Assembly: GCA_028534125.1 (NCBI GenBank)
Contig: CM052818.1
Location: 31,374,001 to 31,438,000, forward strand
From: Lama glama
Taxonomy: Eukaryota
Direction: 5' to 3'
Length of the DNA: 64,000 nucleotides
The notes beneath the pieces were generated by a model. The model made no database searches, was not told where the DNA came from, and saw only the letters and a list, made by a program, of their open reading frames with translations. Shown in pieces: positions 1-14,299 of the stretch (the first letter of the stretch is position 1; every line of letters starts with the position of its first letter). Made by a program: the position numbers and the translations under genes.

Positions 1-879
1 AGATACTACTGCTTTAGAGAAATAGTTGAATGGCAGCCTAAAATGGCCTTCTGTTGCAAGGCTTAACTCTCAAGAAACTATTCTGTGTAATTTTCTTTCA
101 TGAAACACAAGCATCTAGACAAATGAGGTAGAAACCAAGGATAAATTATATACAATCACTATTCTAGACAAAAACTTTTAAGTTAAGAAAAAAACCAACA
201 AAGTGTTGTAGGCAAAGGTAGAAATATTACATATCATACTTTATTTGTACTAGACTTTGTCTTAAAAATATTTGAAATGTCTTTGTTATTTAATACCTCA
301 TAATATGAATCGAATCAAATAATTTTTGATTCAAGGTATTTCAGGTTGAAATTCATTAACTGCTGTTAAACAGCATGGAATTCTGAGTGAATGCTACAAA
401 TGTACAAAACGTTTTTTTCGGACTTATTCTGAAAGACAACGACTGGATTTTGGTTCATGTGTAAAAGTAAATTTTATACAAATAATAACAGTGTTAATAT
501 CCGAAAAATCTGCTTTGCTATTAAAACACTACTTCTGCAACCTTTATTCCTCCTAAACTTCCAAAAATTAAAAATGTAAAGTAACTCTAGAACTCTATGT
601 ATTTTAAGGTGTTTCATGTAGCATATTCTCATCATTAGTAAATAAAAAATAGGTGGAGAAATTAGTAGAAATGCCAATAAAAATATTTCATTTGGTAACA
701 AAAGTTCATGAAGATTTAAGAATGGCAATTGATAATTATAGGACTTTACAAATTATTTATGGAACTTATAAATGTAACTACTCTACTTGATACACAAAAG
801 GAGGTAGTTTTTAGAATAGTATTAAAATTGAGCCCCCTAAAATCAAATTTCCCTAAAGAGTTTATAATTATTCTCTTTA

Positions 880-1372
880 TCCAAAATCTCTCTATTCCCT
901 TGCTTGTCTCCTCTGACCTCAATCCCTTTCCTGTCCCCTCTGATCTCAATCTGGTGCTAACTGAGCACTAATCAACCAGAGTAGTGTGATTAAAACTGCT
1001 ATTGTCGATAACATCATTAATGTACCAAAATTGCTACTGTAGATATCACCCTTAACTCACAAACTCAGGTAATTTCTCCAGGACTAGATGAACTCATAGA
1101 CATGGACCACCTGGCCAGAGAATTGTACACCAGAGACATCCTGACTCCCAACACCACAATTAAGAAATGTCACAGAAATGTCACAAGATGATGACTAATC
1201 CCAGTTTCTTTGTCCATCCCCTTTAAAACATTCCTAACTCAAAGATCAAATGGATTTGAGACTATCTCCCACTCCCTTGCCCTGCAAATAAACCCTCACT
1301 TTGCTACAAACAACTGCTGTTAAAAGTTGGCTTTCTACACCAAGGGCACAGGAGGCCTCTGCTCAGTTATAT
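880..1372 (+). mobile_element. Probable ERV solo LTR (ERV1-like)
   Basis: TATA-like TTTAAAA ~1222, then AATAAA ~1287 followed by a U5-like tail, in an LTR-style layout. Boundaries uncertain. Confidence 0.45.
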
Positions 1373-1894
1373 AATGCATTAAATATTATGAAAGACATCT
1401 CTGAAAACTCAATTTAAAAAGCCACACTGCCTACAAAATCACCTATCATGGAAAGTCAGAGTTGAAAGGGGCTTTAGAAATATTTCAGTCCACTGGCCTG
1501 CAAACCTATTCGAACATCTCATTCAAGGGTCTCACCAAGAAGTCTCACATATAAAACAAAAGCATAGGAAAGCTCTAATTAAGAGCTGGCCCCACCCTCA
1601 GACCCAATGCCTCACCTTAGCCTGGAGCTCTCTTTCCTAAGAAAGAACATCATTTGAAACCAGCCCCAGGCAAACCCTTCATATTCCAGATGAGGCAACA
1701 GAGATCCAAACTTACTTAGACTGCCTGGTGGTTTTGTTTAGTCCTCGGATGAGCGTCACATAAATTTAGTCACAAACTTACATAATTTCTGAGATAGAAG
1801 GGTAGACCTGGCTAGGATGCCTCACCTTCAGTCTCGTCTCCCTCTAGTTTATTCCACCTCTCTTTTCAGAGGCTGTTAAGGGACATGGGAGAGA

Positions 1895-2090
1895 AAGGCT
1901 GTACAAAGTATTTTACACACAACATTCCTAATCTCACAACTCTGAAAGGGAGATAAAAGTATACCCATTTTACAGCTGAAGAAAGTGACCTCAAAAGCAT
2001 TCAAACATTCCCACACTATATAACTGACAGGTTGCAGAGCTAGAATTAAAACCTGCATTCATTTAACTCCTAAGCCTGTCCCCTTTGCAA
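1895..2090. mobile_element. MIR SINE
   Basis: MIR core CCCATTTTACAGCTGAAGAAAGTGA. Similar MIR fragments near 4.6, 4.8, 5.6, 7.2, 8.3, 22.0, 24.9, 34.7, 43.3, 47.9, 60.4 and 62.5 kb. Confidence 0.7.
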
Positions 2091-2390
2091 TAAACTATGT
2101 TACATTTGTGTAGCACAAATGCCAGACTGCTGAAGAAGGGGGAATCCATGGTCCAGGCCAAGAAAACCAGGCCAAGAAACCCAGGGTCTCCAAAAGATTA
2201 TGAAAGTGATAGGTATTTACTAACATGAGCACCCTAAGTTAGCAGCACTGAACTGGGGTTGTGAAAAGTACGGCTGACAGACATCAGGATAAAGAAGAAA
2301 CAACGTGATCATTAGGCCAACAAAGCAAAGCCAGGTTTAACTTAATGAGGCAGAGATGCTGAATGTAAAGAAAGTTTCACCAGCACATAC

Positions 2391-2460
2391 TCAGGAAGTC
2401 AACAATGGGAAATGGAATTGTTGCACTTAAGCAACAGCATGCAGCACTTAACCAAAAATA
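2391..2460 (-). other. Candidate small exon (70 nt)
   Basis: Branch-point-like CTAAC followed by TACTTTTTTCCTCAG| acceptor, and donor TGA|GTATGT. Confidence 0.3.
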
Positions 2461-4989
2461 CTGAGGAAAAAAGTAGTTAGACAGCCACCACAAAAGAGTA
2501 AATTACACTTTAAACAAAAATATTTACAAAAGAGTTAAATGTCTTTCAGATGTTTAACAAAACACCACCAAAGTATTAGTTTTTCATTAATTGATCTTTA
2601 CTCTTGACTATCCGGAACCTTGACTAAAAAAGAACTCAATGTCTAAGGCTAAAGTCAAAAGCATCAAAGTCCCGTTACTACAGAATTCCACGTAACTGGT
2701 AAACTGCAGAAGCAACTTTCCAGAAGTTAGAGGGGACAATGCTTCATCCAAGAAATTAAATGAGTTAATGGGATTAAAGGGAAAAGGAACTTAAACTAGT
2801 GCTGGGGTTGCTTCATACTGGGTTCTACTCCAAGCATCTCGGGAAACACCAGAATATCGGAGAGTTGAGACTGGAAGATAAACACAGCACATCTTCCCTG
2901 AGTGTCAATATTACTATATTTTTGGAAATAATATTTTTATCCTTCAACACAAGCACATAGGGTAGACTAAAAATTCTCATGGAACCTATAATTGAGCCAG
3001 GGAATCAAAAATTCAAATAAGTAAAGAATGATAGTACAATAAATGCCATGGAAGACCTAACAAAGGCTATGTGCTCTTCAAGACAGCTTCTTGAGTAGTA
3101 ACAGCAGTGGTGCTGAAATAGAAAAGTTTTGATTTTTTGTTTGTGTGTTTACTGGGCGGCAGGAGGAGACAGGGGCTGGGCAGGTGGAGACAGGAGCTGG
3201 GGAGAGGACAGTATGTGTGACATTCCTGTCTCTGAGTAACATAGGTGTGTGTTTCCATACGAATTTTCAGAAAAACCTTGAAGCAAAGTTTTGTACCTAC
3301 CAACTACTGAGAGTAGCACCCCTGGACTCACTGCCCACTGAATTCCTTCTCCTCTTATAAAGGGTAGCTTCAGAAGCATTACATAACAATAGGAGCAGAG
3401 CAAATGACAAAACCTGGAATTCCGGTCCAACCGCCATTAACTACACTTGTGTAATTCTGAGAAAATAATACCAAGCCCCATCCAATATCTCCTCCCTCTC
3501 CTTTCACACTCACCCCTTACCTTCTTTATGAAATGAGAAAACCGAATCTAGATCATGGTTCTCTGTGGGGCAGTCCCCCCCCACCAAGAGCATTTCAGAA
3601 ATCTGTTGGGCTGTTTTTATTTTTTTGGTTTTTGCATTCTAGCATAATCATACCTCATACTACATTTTAAATTATTTTCCTTTTATTTTTCCTTTACATT
3701 ACAGTTAGGGGATTATACTGATTTATTTTAATTAAGTGGGTAAAAAAATTTCATTAACTATGAATTTCATTTCAGGACACTAAAGAGAATATTACAAAAT
3801 AATTATTATGAAAAGAGGGCTCTGGGTTAGACAGAATTAAGAATTAATTGACTAGAAGATCTCAAAGGTTCTTTCTAGTCCTATAATTTACTGAGTCTAT
3901 TAATATGTTGAGCACTAATAATAAGACAAAACACACTGATGGAGTATAGATGATTATTTGTGAGCAGCAACAAAAAATTCTAAATCAGCTCTGAGCTTGA
4001 TTAAATAATTAAATTTGTAGAAAAGCAATTTCATCCCACTGCCTAGGATGGTATATATCAAAAAAATGCGTGCTTTACTTACAAGGAAAAGATTAAAATG
4101 GCCAGAAAAATTACTATTATAGTAGGAGTTCAGGAATACATGTTCAAAGAGGAGTTTGGCAAAGATTCAGCCCATACGTCCTAATCATTAATTTCTAAAA
4201 CCACATTTTATGTGATGGTATAATGTGAAATGAACCCTGAAATATTAAGATAAAGTTAAACAAACTTGGTGTTCTCCCCTCCAGCCCAAAACAGAGAAAT
4301 TGGTGATATATTTCTGAAAAAACTTATGAAAAATTATTAAAACAGAAAAGTGCTGTTTTGAGGATCGACCTTCCTATTTCAGGAGCTTTTTCGGGGGAAG
4401 CATAGAGGGGAGGGTGGGACGCCAGATAACTGAGGACATGACATTCCTTTACCAAGCTATTCGAAGTTAATGTAAACTATATTATTCATAAAATATTTTT
4501 TTACTTGACAGAATGCCTACTGTGGGCCAGGCATGCACATGTGTGTGTGCAATGTGTACACGTGTATTTATTTTATAGATTTATATTTATATGTATCATC
4601 GCATTTGACTATTGTAACAACCCTTCAAGGTTGACTCTGTCTTCCACTTTTTTAATGAAAAACAGGAGGTTAAGACATTACGTAACACAGAGATTTCCAG
4701 CAATCAGGACCATGTGGAACAAAGCCTTTCAAAAATAAGCCTAAAAGCCTCTGAGCAAGGAGAAAGGGGTTGACTCTACAGAAGCTGACTCTGGAGTCCA
4801 GTTAGAGCTTCACCTACTGACCTACTATTACATATGAAACTATTTTTTATTAAGTACCTGGTACCTCTATACTCCAAGCACTGTCACATACATTATCTTG
4901 ATATTTCTCATATTTTATCCTAGATGATATCGTATTTGATAAGATATTTATCATTTGATAGCCTCCACTAATCCATCCATAAAGGAAGA

Positions 4990-5180
4990 AACGGAAAACA
5001 GACCAGTGGTTGCCAGAGAACAGGGAGAGGCTGTGACTATAAAAGGATAGCACAAGGGAGTTTTTTTGGGTGACACAACTATTCTGTGCCCTGATTGCGG
5101 TGGGGGATACACAGATCTGTATGTATACTAACACTCACAGATGAACACCAAAAGAAAAAAGAAAAGTCAATTTTTAAAAA
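4990..5180 (+). mobile_element. Ancient L1M 3'UTR fragment
   Basis: CAGTGGTTGCCAG...GGGTGACACAACTATTCTGT matches the motif order of L1MC/MD/ME 3' ends. Confidence 0.65.
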
Positions 5181-7593
5181 GTTTAACTGCATTCCCTTAA
5201 TAGCATAATATAGAAAATGGCTGATAGAGAATATTTCTCCTGGACTTCAATTCCTTTCAATGCCACAGTCAAAGGATGCTTTCAGCTCATGAAATAACCT
5301 GGTAGAAACACTTCAGTCCTTTGATAGTTCAGGTTTTTTATGGAGCTTCTAGTCAAACAATGGCAAATTTAGCTTTTTTAAAATATCAGTAAGTTCTCTT
5401 GGTATATCAATATTTTAAAAATTCAAGTTATTATATAACAAATAAAGTCAGACTTTACAAAAGTAACTGCCTTCCAAATTTCTTCATGAGTTCTATTACA
5501 GAAGTCTATAAACTAAGTAATAAGAAGTCTTGACTCATAACCATTACAAAATCAGAATGGAGGGAGAAAAAATTTACTCAGTATCTACCTTCATAACGTG
5601 CCAAACATTACTGCATTCTTTTTAAACAGTCTTATCTCAGTAAACAATCTCCCCCACACCTGGGAGAAAGACATTTTTCCAATTTTTTTACAAAAAAAGA
5701 ACATGGGGTTCAGCAGGTTAAACAATGTAGCCCACAGTTGCTGGGCTAATGAGATATTGGGACCAAGATAAGCCAGAGCTTTAAAATAAGAGCAAGTTTT
5801 AGTGTGCCTGTAAATAAGGGTAGAAACTTACAGTATGCGGAAATTTATCAACAAAATCAACAGTCAGTGAGAAACAATGGTTTGTCATTTCTAAAAATGA
5901 CAACTGTCAAGTATTTGCTAAGTGATTTAAACCTCTTCCAACCAGTGAGCCTGAGATGATGCTAACATGCTTATTTTAAGCACTAGACTTGACTAGTAAC
6001 CAAGAAAGCAAGCTCTTCAGTATTTTTTATTACCAACAACTAAAAATATCTAGCATTTTTAGTCAAGAATATAACTTATTAGGTGATGTCCACCACATAA
6101 GCAGTTAACTAAGGATAAAGTATCATATCCAAAGCTTTTTTCCTCCCCTCAACTCTAAACTTTTTAATGAATCCAAATTCCTACTCTTGAAATTCAGGGT
6201 CTTCTACAGTCTGGCCCAAATTAATTTCTGAAAATTTCTCTAAGTCTTCATCAGCCATGGCTGTTCCCTAAGCTCAACATGTACCTCCTCATGTCTAACT
6301 TTATGCCCTCTTCACTCAAGGAAATTCAGCTCATCCCATGAGACCATCTCGATTCTCTCCTTCTCCAATAAACCTTCCGAAATTACTAGTTCAAAACAGT
6401 TTCCTCCTTTTCTCAGAATCCCTATGACTTATTTGTCCATTCATGATGTACATTGTGTTAATGTATTGAATTGATAGTTATTTCATTTTTTTCACGTGTG
6501 TCTTATTTCTACAGAAGACCTATGACATTTATTCTTGTATCAACTAGAGCATCTCACACTGACTTGGCAGCCAGAAAAAAAAAAAATTCTAAGTTTAGGT
6601 TACAAACTAATTTAGAATTGTACTTAAATATATTTATGTGACACATGTGATAGAAATATCTAATGTATGCTCAACCTAGACACAGTATTACAGTTGCCCC
6701 TTCAGAATAAAAACATTTAAAACTTCTGTTCTCTTTCCTAAGGCTAATTCCTCAATAACAGCCCCTAAGCAGAGAAAACCTAATGGCAAATTCCTGTACT
6801 TCCTTTTGATACCATTCATTTAAAGTACATGAAATTTACTGGTTATCATTTGACCATATACATTTCTCCCTTGAAAGTCCAGGGAGACCTTTTACAATAC
6901 ACAAAACTTATGGAATGCTACCACAAATACAATTAACAGGCTAAAATTAACCTTGCAAGTGGAAAATAAACAAAAATTATTCACTCTTAGGAAATTAAAA
7001 GTAAATCTACAAACAAAATATAAATACAAGTTGACACTAAGGATACCTGCTAAGCTTAAAAAAAAAATCCCATAGGTTATCCATGCACATACCAGCTACT
7101 AAATCATCAGATTCAAAAATACAGCAAATCGTAAGGCCACGTAGTTTAAAAAGACAATAAAACAGAAACAATTAAGAGCACAGGCTCTGGAGCCAAACTG
7201 TACAGACCTGAACTAAATCACTTACCGTACTGTGCGGCCTTAGTTCAACCCCACCTCGCCCCCTTCAGAACTTGCCCAATAGTGTTACTATTAGAATTAA
7301 CAGGGTTAGTGTATGTAAAGTGCTCAGATGAGTGCCTGGCATATGTAAGTACTCATAAGCATACTATTGTCTTATACATAGTGTTAATATATCTATTCTT
7401 TCAATTTATTTTATCAAACATGTTCAAGGTATAACAAATATATATTATTCATCCAAGGCCAAGTAGAAAACAAGATATTTATAGATGCCTTCAGATTTAC
7501 TAGATACGCACTTGTCTTCCTGGCTACTTCACTAAATTATTTTCCTACCCACAGGAAACACACCTTCTTTCTCTCACTTAGGACTCTCTACAA

Positions 7594-7908
7594 CAGTACT
7601 GTCCAACAGAAATATAATGTGAGCCACACATGTAATGTGAAATCTTCTTGCAGCAACATTAAAAAAATAAAGAAAAACCGGTAACATTAATTTTAATAGA
7701 TTTAACGTAATATATATGAGATATTATCATTTCAATATGTAATCAAATGTAAATAAATTACTAATAGGATACTTTACTTTTATTTTTCACAATATGTTTG
7801 TGAACTCTGCTGTGTATTTTAACCCTACAGCAAATCTCAATTCGCACTAGACACACGGCAAGTGCGCAAAGCCATATGCATTTAGTGAATATCATCTTGA
7901 CCAGTACA
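7594..7908. mobile_element. MER33-like hAT-Charlie non-autonomous DNA transposon
   Basis: Begins CAGTACTGTCCAACAGAAATATAATGTGAGCCAC and ends with a degenerate inverted terminus TTGACCAGTACA, about 315 bp. Confidence 0.75.
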
Positions 7909-8872
7909 ACTTAATACACTCTGCACAGAGGAATGCATAGCGCGTACCGATGAATAACGAGGCAAGATTAAAACTGTAATAAAATCTTCACGCTGTATTG
8001 AATTTGTTGAAAAGAAGTATTTAGGTATTGTAAGTTGAGTTCAAAATCTTAAAGTCTTCTCTAACAGGAAGCACTTCAAAGGCCCAATTTCTTAAAACTC
8101 TTTCTTTTACAGATGAAGAAACTCAGAGAAGTAAAGTAATTTGGTGGTACTAGCAGGGGCTCCCAGGAAAGTCTCCTTTTTGAGTTCTAGGTCTCTACAA
8201 TGAAACTTACTCCTCTTCAGCATCAGGCTAGCCCCCTAAACAAACCGAAGCCTGCTGTCAGAGAGGCTGTGGGTTTGAATCCCAGCTCTGTCACTTAATT
8301 GTGAACTTCCAACTTGTTACTTGCTCAATTTTAAAACTAGGGGTAATGGTAGTACCAAGTCAGATCAATAGCAGGTAACAGACTTGTGAAAATCTGATGA
8401 GTTAATACATGGAAAGTGATTCAAGCAGCAATTGGTACATACTACATACTTATTAAACACTTGTTTTTATTATTGCTATTAACAGCAGATTGATGTAGCT
8501 AGATTAAGGTGCACCTGTTTGAATTTAGATACAAATGCCTCATCTGAAGGTAAGAGTGTGACCAACTTTTCCCAATGTTCTAAGAGCACTGGTGGGTCTC
8601 TTGTGCACAAGCAGCCAGAGCCCTGGCTGGCTCTCTTCAGGCCCGGCTGAAGCCACAGTGCTCTCACTCCATCACCCCTGTCTTACAAAGACCTGCAGGC
8701 AGAATTACCCTTTCTTTCTTGACCACTGGTTCCTTCCCCACTGCGCCTGGCCTGTGTGGGAAGCAGCTGTAAAGCTCCACTTCTTTTTGGAGTAGAAAAC
8801 TCTCCCTTTCCTCCACACTGGGTCTAAGAAGGTAAAAAAGGTTAAGACCACATTTGCTTTTCTTTTACTCAC

Positions 8873-8944
8873 ACCTTATGAGTTGTAATCTCTGCATGAA
8901 ATCCATTCTCTTGAAGGAGGAAAAATCTTGCTTATCAAATCTAT
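8873..8944 (-). other. Candidate small exon (72 nt)
   Basis: Acceptor TTTTATATTTCAG|ATA and donor GGT|GTGAGT. One frame is open (RFDKQDFSSFKRMDFMQRLQLIR). Confidence 0.3.
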
Positions 8945-10027
8945 CTGAAATATAAAATTTGTCTTTAATCAGATTAAGGTACTTGCCAAGGTCAGAGTGA
9001 GCAGATGGTAGAGTCAGGCCTGAAATCACTGTGGAAGTCAACTGTTCAATTCCAAACCATAATGAAGCCATTTGAAAGCTTATCAGTATAAGGAAAAACT
9101 GGTCCTGTGGCCACTAGTTACTACAGATTGAGACAAAATGATTTGATGCTTTATTTAGTAAAACACAATTTAGAGCCAATACAATTTTAAACACTGTAAC
9201 AGAGTCTAAAGAATCTCCTTAGGGTCAATGGGAATCTGCCTTTATGAGTATTATTTATTAATTCCTTATGGAAATACAGTAATGGCACTGGGAAAAGACA
9301 TCAAGGACGGAATTATTGAGGGTTATTGAGAATCTAATATAAGATTTGCAATGACTACTTAACTCTGAACTCTAGACCCTTTCTAGCTCTAAAATCCTAA
9401 GTATCTCGGAAGACAGGTCTAAATTCATATGCCCAGGTGGGTGGGATCTAGGTGGAGCAGAGTACAAAGGAAATGCTTATTAAGTGCTAAAAATCATTTC
9501 CAGATAAAAAAGGAAAGATAATATCTAAGAACCAGAATCTGAAAAAACAAGATCCAGGGAGATAGCCTAAGATGGCCCACAATGTTTTGAAAATAAACCA
9601 TTAAAAGGAAACAAAAGGCAAGCGTGATTCTAAGGGCAATGCTCTCGGGCAGCTACCATGCAAGTGAGGGATGGCACAACTCCATCCCAAGTCAGTCTTC
9701 ATTGAGCATGAGGCCAACATTACCCTTTTTCCTCCAAAATGTAGATAATAATCTACTGCTACTTCAGCAGCAAGCTACGAAGACTGCACATACATGACCA
9801 GATTTTAGTGTTGAAATTTTTTACAACTTACAAAGTAAACCTGATGTGAACTCACTAACATTCATAATGATTATTGTGCTTCACAGTATCCAGGTCTAAC
9901 TGGAACATAATTCACGTGATTTACTGCAATAACTACTACCACACACCTGAACACTTCTAAAGAGAGCAGTAGGGAAAAGAAGGTTTTTCCCTCGACTGAA
10001 GCTGAAAAATCTCTAAAGCTTGTTGTT

Positions 10028-10165
10028 TCTTTTTAACAGCTTTACTGAGATATAATTCACATACCATAAAATTCACGCATTTAAAGTGTACTTTTCAGTG
10101 GTTTTCAGTACATTCACAGAGGAATGCAACAATTACATTTGAGAACATTTTCAGCACTCTCACCT
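10028..10165 (-). mobile_element. L1MB-like 3' end fragment, followed by an L2 fragment to ~10530
   Basis: AACAGCTTTACTGAGATATAATTCACATACCATAAAATTCAC is a typical reverse-strand L1M 3' terminus. Confidence 0.7.
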
Positions 10166-13100
10166 TGGACTGAAGAGCACTATTGGTCTCCTCTGTTTTA
10201 ATAGCTCTTTTTCCAGTTAGCCATATGGTTTCTATTCACCTGGTTCAGGTCTTAACCCAAAGGTCACTTTCTCAGAGAGGCCTTCCCTGACTTCCCAGTA
10301 TAAACCTGTAACACCAACCCCATGCAGCACACATTTCAAGCATCCTATCACCTGCCACCCCTCGACCCCTCACACTGTTTTTTCCAGATACTGATCACAT
10401 TTAGCATTCTAAATGTTTCACGTGTTGACTGTCTGTAAACTCCAAGAGGGAAACCATTTTTATGTTTTATTTGCTGCTGTACCCCCAGGACCTACAACAA
10501 GACATTGTTGTAAATTTTCCACATTTGCAGAAGAGAAAAGTGAGAAAAAGAGTAAAGGAAGTTGCCTCACTACTACAAATTTCACTAGCTTGTGAGATTT
10601 CTAAGTTATCAAATTACTGTTTTTTATAACACTTTTCTCCTTTAGAATGAAAGTCTAACCAGAGAAACCTAAAATAAATGAAGGTAACTAAATTTAACAT
10701 CACTACAGATGCACCATCTATGCCTTATTTTAAAGATTCATTCCCAACTTTTTGTTCCTTTAGGTGTTTACTGAGTACCTAAACATTGTGCTGTGAAGAA
10801 TACAAAAGACAAAATTACTTTCTTCCAAAAGCCTACAGTCTATATGAGTAAGACATGCACAAATTACTGTATGCTGCCTTTTTCGGTTTTTTCTGCTTTT
10901 GTTTTTAATTAAAAAAAAAAAAAAGCATGTGACTAGCAAATACTTAAGAAGTACCAAAGAATCTAGGGAGAAAAAAGTGGTGATCTTAAGTACACTGGAG
11001 TAGTTAGAAGCCACCTTCCAGAGGAAGCAGCATGGTCACAGGTAGCACTGAGGTAACAAGTAGAACTGCTCACGGCCAGTGGCTAGAATACAGTCATACA
11101 GAAAACAAGAGCTAGCTCCAGGCTCAGGAAGGAGGAGAACAAATTTTGGTGGACAGCTAGTAGTCTCTGCCACACGTAAGATTTGAAATGAACCCTGAAG
11201 GATAGGTGGAATATAACCAAGAATGGAGGAAAAACAGGAATAAAAACAAGCAAGTCAGAACTAAGCCACTGTATGCCAAGAGAGTGAGAGGGCAAGTCTG
11301 CTGTATTCTGAAGACTAGTGACAGAAGATTGGTTAGGTCAATGGTTCCCCAAAGTAAAACTGAAGACCAATCCCAATATATCTCAAAGTTTCTACCGTCT
11401 GCAATGAAGTTAGAAAGATAAGTTGATAACTTGGTAATAATGTTTATTTTATTATATACTTGTAATTCAATTTCCTATGACTTACATATAATGTGATACC
11501 ATAAAATTAAATTTTCATGGTTTCATTTTTATACTAAAACATGTTTTTAAACATGGCAGTTAAGGCTACCAACAGTTCTAAGACAACGCCCTTTCCTGAC
11601 TACAAAAAAGAGTCAAACTTTGTCCTATAGGACAGAAAAAAAGGGAACAAAAAAAAGGGGGGATTTACTTTCACTTTTCAGTTTATTATATAATTTTAAT
11701 TATTTATATTTTCTAACAAACTTGTATTGCTGTGGAAATTAGAAAAGACTTAATGAGTTCTAAATGGTCATTAAGGTTTAAATATAAAAAACAAGAGTTA
11801 CCTAAGAGTGGACAAAATATCTTCCATATATAAATTATACTCAAAATACATGCCCTAAAGATTGAAAAAAATAGTTGACTCTTCTGGACTCAATTTTAAA
11901 CTCATATCAACATATAATGTATAAGACAAATATTAAACTCAAAAGGGGACTTTAAGAAAGCAGTAAATTAGCAAACTAAAAAACAATCTGCTATAGCATT
12001 AATAACTATTTTAATCTAAAAATGGCACAATATATTGATTTTCTAATTATTTACCATAGGTTAGCATAGAAAATATTAGCTACCATTAAAAATAGCAATA
12101 AAAAGTAAAATGCTCTTTTTGCTAGAGAAATTCAAACAGCATCTTTCAACTCTGGGATAAAAATAAAAATTTTATTTGGAATAAAGGCGTGTTAAATTGA
12201 AACATTAAAGTGAACACCTAGGAACTCTTTATAACAAATGGAAATATGTGCTTATTAAAAACAGAAGCTAATTCTCTCAAAGAACCACAGTTCTATAAAA
12301 ATCACTTTTTCCACCTTTTCTCCTATATACTACGAATGGCAAGCCTTGAAAAGATGACACTGCACAACATGTCTTCATAAAAATGGAGAGAAAAAAGCTG
12401 TCAGAGAAATAAAAATGGTGCAAATTCCACTTACTGGAAACCTGGTGTATGCTTCAGTAAGTTCCAAACACCAAGTAAATGTTGCCCATGCATCTTTCCA
12501 GTCAGTTTAGAATTATTCAGCTCTTGGGTGACCAAATCAACCATGCAAGGAAAACATCTGCTGATAATTTCGCAAGTTAATAACTTTCAATAGTAGTATG
12601 TATCTCTTATTACAGTGCTTTCCATGGAAAATGCTCAAGTATTCATTGGTAAAAGATCAGCCTAAGTGGAATCATTACCAAAAACTACTTCTACCACATA
12701 GCAGTCTGTTACTGTTTGGATAATTTAATTAGAAGTTTCTAAAGAACTTTCTGCTTAACGGAGAGTCACTGCTTTTTAAAAATTTAACACACACACACAC
12801 ACCACTACCATGATAAAAAGAGCTGAAAAGTTATTTATACAAATAAAAAGAGTTTCAGTTCGCTGAAATTCAACTTACCATATATTTGGAAAAATGAAAT
12901 TGTATTTGATAAATAGTTCAATTCAATTATTTAAAAATAAAATCACTTTTTTAAAATGTCTGGCAACATGTTACTAAATGTTACACACTTAAACATTTAC
13001 ATACTTATACACATTGATCATACCAGTTCTAGTCATATTAAAATTTGATGGCAAAGATTTATTACATGGATGATCAAGCTTTAGCTTTCCCCTAAAGTAT

Positions 13101-14299
13101 AAACAAGAAACAGACACTAGATCTGCATTAGAGATTTTATTCTGCACAACATAGTTCTTGCCCATAATACTCCTCTAGCGCTATTATCTTTAAATGACAA
13201 TACAAGAATATTGGTTAATGCGAAAGTTAAGAGTTATATGACAATGAAAAAACATTAGAAATTTAAAACAAGAGTCTCAAATCTAGGGTCACAGAGTACA
13301 ATGAGAAGTCCCACAAAGTCAATCAACTTAAAAGAAATACCAGAGTCATGATTTCCAAATGAGACCTGTATGCTTGAAAAAGACTGACTTGGAAAGCTAC
13401 AATACTTACTCTAACAATGCTGTGAGTACTTATAATACATCTAGAATTCCCTTTTAGAAAATCTCTACAGAACCTTTAGCATATTCTATTGATTATACTT
13501 AATGAATCTTCAAACTTGGAAAGCATATTTGAGTTTTGGAAACAATTAAAGAGTCACATGGGCCTGCTATAGAGAATGTGATACATTATCAAGCAGAGTA
13601 ATATATATTTGGTCAAAAAATAGGATGTAAACATAAGGCAATGACAGTTTCTTGTGAGGCCACCTTGGAAAGGTAAAGCATCCCAAAGTGACTGCTCCAA
13701 GGACATTTCTCACTTGGATGTCAATGTTAATCAACTTTTACAACTAAGCATCATTCAGTCCAACACTGTCATTTTACCAATAAGAAAACCAACTTTCCAA
13801 GAAGTGAAAGAAATCATCCCAATATTTAGAGCCAAGCTAAGAACTAAAAGTCAGGTATCCTAATTCCTGTTCAGTATTCTTTCTCATATATTACACTGCC
13901 TATGATCTTCTAGGTTTCACATGAGGAAAGAAGAATTGGCTTTAAAATCCATTAAGGGTTTTAGTTTTAGCTAGTTTATTTTTTTTAATTGAAGTATAGT
14001 CAGTTTACAATGTTGTGTCAATTTTTGGTGTATAGCATAATGTTTCAGTCATACATATACATACATACATTTGTTTTCACCTTTTTTTCAAGATATTGAA
14101 TATAGTTCCCTGTGCTATACAGTATGAACTTCTTGTTTCTCTATTTTACATATAGTAGTTAGCATCTGCAAATCTTGAACTCCCAATATCTCCCTTCCCA
14201 CCCACCTTTACTCCCCTGGTAACCATAAGTTTGTTTTCTATATCTGTGAGTCTGTTTCTGTTTCAAAAATAAACTCATCTGTCTCTTTTTTTTTTTTTA

